Shown: piece after piece, positions 56,925-64,000 of the stretch
Position numbering within the stretch: position 1 is the stretch's first letter
Layout of the letters: each line of letters starts with the position of its first letter
IMG/VR virus record: IMGVR_UViG_3300042540_001200
Span: 1 to 64,000 of that record
Reading direction: 5' to 3' (one strand)
Length of the DNA stretch: 64,000 nt
Origin: an uncultured virus (IMG/VR IMGVR_UViG_3300042540_001200)
Lineage: Duplodnaviria > Heunggongvirae > Uroviricota > Caudoviricetes
The notes under the pieces: model-generated
The model's input: the letters and a program-made list of their open reading frames with translations, nothing else
Databases searched by the model: none
Told to the model about the DNA's origin: nothing
Program-made: the position numbers and the translations under genes

Positions 56925-57155
56925 TTAGGATATGTCAATTTTTGGGGCAGTGTTGCCACGCTTTGCCCATAACTCATTTTGCTGTCGAGTATATTCTGCT
57001 CGATATGATTCTAAAACCATTTGCATTTGGCGAACCATGTCATGTTTACCCATTTTAAATGCCCATTGCATCCTATTGTTTAAAGTGGATATTTTTTCAC
57101 CTAGTTCTTCTAGGTTCGAGCCTGACAAATCTGAAATAAATGGATGATTAAACAT
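56925..57155 (-). CDS. hypothetical protein
   Basis: Start MFNHPFI coupled to upstream stop. Confidence 0.7.
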   Translation of the reverse strand: MFNHPFISDLSGSNLEELGEKISTLNNRMQWAFKMGKHDMVRQMQMVLESYRAEYTRQQNELWAKRGNTAPKIDIS

Positions 57156-57907
57156 CACCAAGCAGATAATGTAACACGCTTCCAAATGGCTGTAGCACCA
57201 TCATAGTTTGCAGTACATACATAAAAATAATTGGCATCTGACGCAACAGTACCTGCTTTATCACCTAATGCACCAACATTACTTGCAGGTACGGTAGTAA
57301 TTAACTGTGTTGTTTTTCTTGGTCTATCAATTGGCATCACCGTAATATTAGTACCGCAATCAACCGTGGAAAATTCATGATGCACTTTTGCAACATTTGC
57401 AGGCATGGTAAAGTTACCACCTGCTACACCATTACCCGCATAATTTTCAATGGTCAGCATACCATCAGTTACGTTTGATGGTATTGTTATTACCGCATTT
57501 GCATTAGCGACATTAAATATTGTTTGTACATTTTGCTGCGTACCTGCAGGTGCCCATGCAGCAAAAGCTAAAGTAACGTTGCCTGTAATTGTACCATATT
57601 GCACATCACCGTTAGTTACATTTACCGTTACAGTACCACTTAAATTATTACCTAAGTTGTAAGTAGTGGCACGAAATCCTTGAACTAAAGCATTACTGAT
57701 TAAAGTATTTGCCATGTCATTGTTTAAAGTAGTGCCTGTCAATGCACTTTTTACAACAACCTTATTTTGCAAATCTGTAATTTCAGTTGATGCAGTATCT
57801 AAACCACTTTTTATAGCGGTAAAGTTAGTACGAAATCCCTGTGAACTGTTGTTGATGCCTGGGATTGGGTAGGCTGTATCAATTTGTCCTGTGTCAATTG
57901 CGCTCAT
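57155..57907 (-). CDS. virion structural protein (baseplate/tail)
   Basis: YPIPGINNSSQGFRTNF N-terminus; GDKAG...YFYVC...WKRV.L..W C-terminus. Confidence 0.7.
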   Translation of the reverse strand: MSAIDTGQIDTAYPIPGINNSSQGFRTNFTAIKSGLDTASTEITDLQNKVVVKSALTGTTLNNDMANTLISNALVQGFRATTYNLGNNLSGTVTVNVTNGDVQYGTITGNVTLAFAAWAPAGTQQNVQTIFNVANANAVITIPSNVTDGMLTIENYAGNGVAGGNFTMPANVAKVHHEFSTVDCGTNITVMPIDRPRKTTQLITTVPASNVGALGDKAGTVASDANYFYVCTANYDGATAIWKRVTLSAW

Positions 57908-57915
57908 AGTAATAT

Positions 57916-60900
57916 TTATCCGCTCTGTAAAGTGGTTGGAAGAATTGTGCGTTGTACAAAATGTATGTATTTGTCTTTAGAATTATTCGTTACAGCAGGT
58001 TGCCCACTTGGTAACGTGCTTACCCATTCAGTACCATTCCAATCAAAGGTAAGTGACTTATCTACCTCAAAACGATCCACTGTAAATTGTACTGCATTAA
58101 ATTTAATACCTTCAGCAGTATTTTGCCAAGCAATAATATTGTTTTTAATCGCTGTACTATACCCAGGTTTTGTATAACAAATTACCCAAGCAGGAGTAAA
58201 TCCTAAGGTACTGCCATCAGGTTGTTGACTTGTCATCCACAATGGTAAAATACTATCGTTATTAACATATCCTAACGCATCCTCCAATTGTTGACGCATA
58301 TTAACTAAACTATTTGGGTATAATATCTGTGCATACCCAGGCGTTAGCGCAGTAAAATATGTTGGCGTATAAAATGTCAACGTATCACCCGCATAATATG
58401 TTCCACTAGGTGCTTGGTTTAAGGTTATTGTATAAGTGTTTGGTGTAATAGAAGTAATGTATGGCACAGCTCCTGTATTGCCCAAAATCATATTCAATGA
58501 CAGTCCTGTCAAAGAATTAACAACATAAGTTGTAGCATTTACTACACTACTAATTGTTACAGCAACAGGACTTACTGAATAGACATAACTTGTTTGTATA
58601 GTGGCTGATGAGTCATACCATGGTCCTAAATTTAAATCAATTCTTCTAGGCCATCCTATTTCTTTTGGTATACTAACACCTTGATTATTGATTAAATTGT
58701 CTATAATTTCACTATAGACCACTTCATATATTATATTATTACTATTATCTCTTGCCACAGCGGTTTTTAATTCACCCAAAGTAATATCACGCCAATAATG
58801 ATTGATGTTTATTGCGTTAATATACTCTTGTACAGTGCTAGCAGGTATACCATAGGCATGATTGTAAATAATATTCTTTGCTCTTCCAAAATATGGATCT
58901 TCTAAACGATATACTGCTGCATCAGGAATTATAAGGTTAGGGTTGCCAGGTGTACTATTTCTTATTAAATCATTTATTTTTGCACGTGCAGATAATGCAG
59001 GATAACATTGCATATAAACAGTTTCCCATGGTTCAGGAAATTCTTGTATTGCAGTAAAGTAAAATTGTTTTGTTTCATTTATTTCTTCTTGACCTACAAT
59101 ATATGCTTGCACAGTAAAGTAAAAAGCACGTGTGCTATTTGGATATACACCATCTTGATCATATGTTGCTTCAAACGCTAATCTACCACTTATTTCACCT
59201 GATGGTAACATGGTTAAGTTAGGTGGCAATTCTCCTAATGTTGGACTAAACCATTCAATAACAAAATTTGCGTTTTGATCGTAATATGTTAAATCATAAT
59301 TAAATTCATCATACTCATCCGTAATAGCTTCGGGATTATAAATTAATATATAACGACTATAAATTATCGTACCATACTCACCCGCAGCAACAAAATTATA
59401 CTCAACACGTTGTGCACTACCTCCACTTATGTACGCACTATAGGCTGAAGTATTAAATCCTGATGTTAATCCACTGTCAGTATATAATTCAAAAGTATTA
59501 ATAGAAATAACTTTAATGTAAAATTGTTGATCATTAATTGCTGTCATACCTAACACATCAACAATACAAATTCTATCACCACTTGAATACTGATGTGCAG
59601 AATCAGTGGTTACTAAAGCAGTTGCAGCTTGTGTTATATTTGTAATTAATATACCTACATTAGGTCTAGTTAAACCTCGTGTAATTGAGTATAAATTATT
59701 GCCTGTTTTACCTGACAAATAACTCCATGAATTGTTTTCACCATTTTCACTATATGCAGTAAATCCATCATCACCAACAACAAAAAATTGTCCACTATCA
59801 TAGACTACATCGTTCAAACGTTCATTCGTGAATGCTTTTTGTAAAGTCCAACTTGCGCCATTATCACTTTCAAGTACAAGCCCATTATCACCCACTGCAA
59901 TCCACTTAGTACCATTTGTTGCAATAGATTTAAGTGTACCCAATCTTGGTGTAATAGTACCACCACTTGTATAAGCAGTATATGTTGTTGAATTTGTAGC
60001 TGTAGTTAATGTTACAGTATTATATAAAGCAAATTTGTTTACAGCATAACCTGTTGCCTTTACATAATACGTGTTACCATTTAATTCTGTCATACCACCT
60101 ACACCTGTTATGACAATACGTTGTCCGTCACTCATATTATGTACACCACTAACAGTAACAACTGCTATTGCTGCTTGTGTAACATTAGTTATAGAAATGG
60201 TATTAATAGTTGCTGCTGTCCATGTTCCACCAATAGGAAAACCCACTGCATTAGAGTAATATATTGCAGCAGTTGAATCTGATTTGTTACCTACTACATG
60301 ATATGTATATGGTGTAGTAGTACCTGTTCTAATAATCTTGTTAAACACATAATCAACATCCGTTGAGGTAGATCCTGTTACTGTAATAGTTCCTAAAGTC
60401 CAAACAAATCCTGATTGACTACCTGTAATAATGGTTGCATTGTCACCTACTGCTATAAATCTTTCACCACCTGTACGATTATCAAACATCACACTGTATA
60501 AACTGCTATTACCCGCAACTGATGCAGGACTCCAATTAATGCCATTATTTGAACCATAAATTGTTGGTTGTAATGATTGGGTATAACCTACTGTAACTAA
60601 AGTGCCTGTTGAAGTTGTTGGATAGTAACCTGATGCAATTGATGTTAAGTTATCAAAAGTAAACTGTGGCAAATATTGCCATGTACGTCCATAATTAGTG
60701 CTATATGCAATTTCACCTAAATCTCCAACGGCATAGTACGATGGTACTGATGTTGTCGTTACAGCACCTACAACAGATGATGTTATTGAATTTAGATTTC
60801 TTCTATTTTCATTAACAATACGATAGTTTACAGTTTCACCTGTCAAATTAGTATTAGCTTTAATATTAAAGTTACAGATTAATCCATTATACATATAACC

Positions 60901-62232
60901 TAAATTAGATGGCGTAACCCAAGTAAAGTCATTATCTAAGTTACCAACTAACGTCAATGTAAAACGATATATTTGACTTGTTTTTTCAAATTGATTTGAC
61001 CATACTACCCCTAATGTAGTTACTGTGGTTGGTGGGAAAGGCCATGGTGCAGTTAATGATGGATTTTGATAGATAATAAAAGTTTGTGCGCCTGTAACTT
61101 GTACATACAATGTTGTACTGTTTACAGCAGTAGGAATACATCCCGCTAAAGTAATTTGTTGTCCATCAAAAAACCCATGTGGTGACACGGTAGTAATTGT
61201 TGTAAGCGTTCCATCATCTGTAATACTAGATATACCTAATATATTCCCTGTATCAAATCCTGAGGGCACCGTTTTTACAACGGTTGCACTAAGGAAAAAT
61301 TCTAATACTCTATTACCAATATTAGGAAATCGCCCTGTAATCCATCCTGTGTCATGATCTACCTGTATCGTCCCAGGTGTCGTTGGATTAGCTTGATTGA
61401 TAGCTGCAAGATTTGTTATATCATAAGATAATACACCTGAGTTTTCAAAATCATACCCTGCTAGTTTAAACACCCATTCGTTATCATGACGTACTCTACC
61501 AATATCACCATTGAAAGGAGTATAATATCCATAATATGGATTTGTGGGTGGTATGGTTGTACTAAGTGGTTGACTGTTTAGTAATACAGGTGGTCTAGCA
61601 TTTGCTGCAGGTTTTGGGGCTAGAACATAGTAATTAATAATGGTAATACTATAGTTCATTGTAGCTATACCACTAGGTGAGGTTAATTGGAGCGTAAATG
61701 GATATGCTATAGATGTTGGTTGATTATAGATATTAAGTGGTGGTGATGGATATCCCGTAATTAAACCTGTAGGGGACATTTCAAGACCAGGAGGCAGAAC
61801 GCCCGAAATTATTTGTATAAGTGCTACACTATCAGGATCAGTATTTTCATATTGTACTTGAAAATGTATGTATGTGCTATCGACGCTTGTGAGGATGTTG
61901 CCTGGGTAGGTTAAAAAACGTGGAGGACTTGCTCCTGTTACTGTTAAGGTAAATGCTCTATCACGAATATTACCAAATGAATCTGTTGCACGTACGGTAA
62001 ATCCATAGGTAGTATCTGTTGCAACTTCAGTAGGAATACCATATAATAAACCATCACCACGTAATGTTAATGGTGCTTCAGGTAAACCATTAGGCAATCT
62101 ACCACTTTGTAGATTATAAGTAACATTACTTAAACCATCTGCGCTAATTGCGTTAAATTGAAAAGCAACGGGTCTAAGTTCTTGAAATTGCCCAATACTT
62201 CCCGCAGGAGTATTCCATATTGGTTGTGCCAT
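57916..62232 (-). CDS. large baseplate/tail protein with Ig-like, beta-propeller and FCCH-like repeats
   Basis: G.LPPGL....GL.I.G.P Ig-like repeats; AVGDxG..S.dG.tW propeller blades; three IT.IT..A.VT...H...G..I.I units. Confidence 0.75.
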   Translation of the reverse strand: MAQPIWNTPAGSIGQFQELRPVAFQFNAISADGLSNVTYNLQSGRLPNGLPEAPLTLRGDGLLYGIPTEVATDTTYGFTVRATDSFGNIRDRAFTLTVTGASPPRFLTYPGNILTSVDSTYIHFQVQYENTDPDSVALIQIISGVLPPGLEMSPTGLITGYPSPPLNIYNQPTSIAYPFTLQLTSPSGIATMNYSITIINYYVLAPKPAANARPPVLLNSQPLSTTIPPTNPYYGYYTPFNGDIGRVRHDNEWVFKLAGYDFENSGVLSYDITNLAAINQANPTTPGTIQVDHDTGWITGRFPNIGNRVLEFFLSATVVKTVPSGFDTGNILGISSITDDGTLTTITTVSPHGFFDGQQITLAGCIPTAVNSTTLYVQVTGAQTFIIYQNPSLTAPWPFPPTTVTTLGVVWSNQFEKTSQIYRFTLTLVGNLDNDFTWVTPSNLGYMYNGLICNFNIKANTNLTGETVNYRIVNENRRNLNSITSSVVGAVTTTSVPSYYAVGDLGEIAYSTNYGRTWQYLPQFTFDNLTSIASGYYPTTSTGTLVTVGYTQSLQPTIYGSNNGINWSPASVAGNSSLYSVMFDNRTGGERFIAVGDNATIITGSQSGFVWTLGTITVTGSTSTDVDYVFNKIIRTGTTTPYTYHVVGNKSDSTAAIYYSNAVGFPIGGTWTAATINTISITNVTQAAIAVVTVSGVHNMSDGQRIVITGVGGMTELNGNTYYVKATGYAVNKFALYNTVTLTTATNSTTYTAYTSGGTITPRLGTLKSIATNGTKWIAVGDNGLVLESDNGASWTLQKAFTNERLNDVVYDSGQFFVVGDDGFTAYSENGENNSWSYLSGKTGNNLYSITRGLTRPNVGILITNITQAATALVTTDSAHQYSSGDRICIVDVLGMTAINDQQFYIKVISINTFELYTDSGLTSGFNTSAYSAYISGGSAQRVEYNFVAAGEYGTIIYSRYILIYNPEAITDEYDEFNYDLTYYDQNANFVIEWFSPTLGELPPNLTMLPSGEISGRLAFEATYDQDGVYPNSTRAFYFTVQAYIVGQEEINETKQFYFTAIQEFPEPWETVYMQCYPALSARAKINDLIRNSTPGNPNLIIPDAAVYRLEDPYFGRAKNIIYNHAYGIPASTVQEYINAININHYWRDITLGELKTAVARDNSNNIIYEVVYSEIIDNLINNQGVSIPKEIGWPRRIDLNLGPWYDSSATIQTSYVYSVSPVAVTISSVVNATTYVVNSLTGLSLNMILGNTGAVPYITSITPNTYTITLNQAPSGTYYAGDTLTFYTPTYFTALTPGYAQILYPNSLVNMRQQLEDALGYVNNDSILPLWMTSQQPDGSTLGFTPAWVICYTKPGYSTAIKNNIIAWQNTAEGIKFNAVQFTVDRFEVDKSLTFDWNGTEWVSTLPSGQPAVTNNSKDKYIHFVQRTILPTTLQSG

Positions 62233-62233
62233 A

Positions 62234-62851
62234 TTATTTATTTACTTTACATTTATCACCATGCCATCTGCCATAATTTCTAAAATCTATAAATTTAAAA
62301 CAATTTTGACATTCAAGTTTTGGTTTTTTTAAAAACAATGTTTTATTAAGATGCTCTTGTGATTTCTTTCTTCCTTTAAGTTGTTCACTAATTTTTTGTC
62401 TAACTTCAATTCTTTTTGATGGGTTGTTATCTCCGTTCATCCATTGGCGTTGTCCAAGTTTTTTACCTTTATTTGGGGAAACTTTACCTTTATTTGGGCT
62501 TCCGTTTTTTCTTGTCCAATTATTATCTCCTAGCTGAGTCTCTATAAAAGCATTTTTAGCTAATTCAAAATATCTTGAATTTATTATTCTTTTTTGTATT
62601 GAATTATTACTTTTTGTCATTTTATGAAAAGCTAAAGCACTTGGCCTATCTCTATAATGTTTCCATAATAAAAAATGTGCGAGATAATGTTCCCTCGCTG
62701 TAAGTAAAACTAAGTTATTTTTACTGTTATCACCACCTAGCCATTTTGGAATAATATGATGACTTTCATAGTAAATTTCGCTTTTATTTTTTTTCCTTGC
62801 TAAAATTTTTCTAGATGCAATTAATAAGTTATAATGATTTAAATAATTCAT
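62234..62851 (-). mobile_element. free-standing HNH homing endonuclease
   Basis: HHIIPKWLGG.N...NLVLLTAREHYLAH; SPNKGK and KISEQLKGRKKS NUMOD-like repeats. Confidence 0.9.
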
Positions 62852-63468
62852 TTATTTTCCAAAAGTTTTAAAGCTTTTTTATAATGATCTTGGCGGTCAG
62901 ATAATCCAATAGTGCCGCCATTAATTCTTTTTGTTAATGTAATAAAATCATCTTTATCACACCATTGATTTAATTTATTACAATCCCAAAACCATCCTGC
63001 ACTAGCAACTGCCCCTGCATGAGTTTCCATATAAGCTACCACTTCATCAACTTCTAAACCAAGTGATTTTGCAAATTTTGTATAATTTACTTTGCCTGTT
63101 AATTGAATCAATCCACGTCCACAAAATTTCCACCCATCACCACTTGCTTCATCACCATTTCCCATACGACTTGCATAAACACGATTGGCAATCTTTTCAG
63201 GTTTACGTTCATATTGTTTTGCTAATGATTCATTAGGAAAATATTTTTTAAAAATCTTTACTAAACCTTGTGCGCTATAGTTTAGGTTTTCTTTTAAAAA
63301 TTGATAACCACCACTTTCATGACCTGTTTGAGCTAAAAACCCTGCGATACGCTTTGGTGTATTAATTTCATAATGTTCGCATGTTTGATTTAATGGATCT
63401 AAAAAAGGTTCTAATTTTGCTGCAGGAGTTTTATCACATACTGCACGTAAAATCTCTAATGTTATCAT
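62848..63468 (-). CDS. GH19 family endolysin
   Basis: FLAQTGHESGG, ENLNYS, GRGLIQLTG..NY, TKRINGG. Confidence 0.92.
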   Translation of the reverse strand: MITLEILRAVCDKTPAAKLEPFLDPLNQTCEHYEINTPKRIAGFLAQTGHESGGYQFLKENLNYSAQGLVKIFKKYFPNESLAKQYERKPEKIANRVYASRMGNGDEASGDGWKFCGRGLIQLTGKVNYTKFAKSLGLEVDEVVAYMETHAGAVASAGWFWDCNKLNQWCDKDDFITLTKRINGGTIGLSDRQDHYKKALKLLENK

Positions 63469-64000
63469 TATACTTTTCCTATAACTATTTCGATGACTCC
63501 TTTGTCACCTTTAAAATCTTGTAATGCTTTACCAATAATGGTACCTGCCCTTGCATTATTATTAGCTGCTGCATATCCGTTTGGTGCGCTTACCATTAAG
63601 TCACCTTTTTGAACAGGTCCAATCACTTTAGTTGGTACTCTACCTTGCAGTGCTAACATCACAGTGTGTTCAGCATGTAATGTAGTATTCATAACATAAG
63701 CAGGATTCGTTGATACAACACCTGCTACTTTGTGTGAATCATATTGATATGATAATGTTACTTCTTTATCGCCATCAAATAATAAAACAGTACCACTTGG
63801 ATAATGATCATCAGCCTCGTAATATTCTGCCAAGTCAGCGTATGTTGCATTTAATCTAGAACCACTTGTCAATGACCAATTACCTGTAATTTGACCTACA
63901 TTACTATTGCTTCCTGTAGTCATTAGGTTCCCTTGCCATGTTGGAGCATATATAGTCGATGTATACATGTTTCCTGCATTAGCATTAGCAGTAACATTTA
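63468..64000 (-). CDS. tail fibre/virion protein C-terminus (partial, starts beyond window)
   Basis: ATYADLAEYYEAD...GVVSTNPA...ALQGRVP...GKAL chaperone/autocleavage-like domain; frame open to window end. Confidence 0.75.
   Translation of the reverse strand, partial: NVTANANAGNMYTSTIYAPTWQGNLMTTGSNSNVGQITGNWSLTSGSRLNATYADLAEYYEADDHYPSGTVLLFDGDKEVTLSYQYDSHKVAGVVSTNPAYVMNTTLHAEHTVMLALQGRVPTKVIGPVQKGDLMVSAPNGYAAANNNARAGTIIGKALQDFKGDKGVIEIVIGKV

Noticed and set aside
1..64000. Alternative genetic code (stop reassignment)
   Set aside because: Core genes are full length in code 11; TAA, TAG and TGA all end genes at coupled junctions

Overview
AT-rich 64 kb segment of a large tailed dsDNA phage with a T4-like replication core, almost entirely encoded on the minus strand. 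It carries gp41 helicase, gp61 primase, family B DNA polymerase, sliding clamp, clamp loader subunits, UvsW, RNase H and UvsE. Host-like genes include ClpA, DnaJ, peptide deformylase, GroES, Dps, PhoH, two 2OG-Fe(II) oxygenases, two tandem halogenase-like flavoproteins, glycosyl- and nucleotidyltransferases. Virion, baseplate and lysis genes and two free-standing homing endonucleases are also present. Both sigma70-type promoters and T4-late-like (G/T)ATAAATA motifs are visible. No tRNA, rRNA or CRISPR array was recognised. Main unusual signals: (1) a miniaturised family C (DnaE-like) polymerase split into two genes about 48 kb apart, with no intein; (2) a cluster of probable capsid-packaged, protease-processed polyproteins, with an exact 16-bp GVAEG-coding junction repeat, an internal Tat signal and a triple ART-like protein; (3) an unannotated 1.1 kb island at 14.7-15.9 kb with a probable -1 frameshift gene, a compact pseudoknotted RNA, an ECF-like promoter and a PhaR-like box; (4) an array of paralogous mini-genes joined by repeated SD/stop/start junctions. 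All calls come from reading motifs by eye; no database searches were run.
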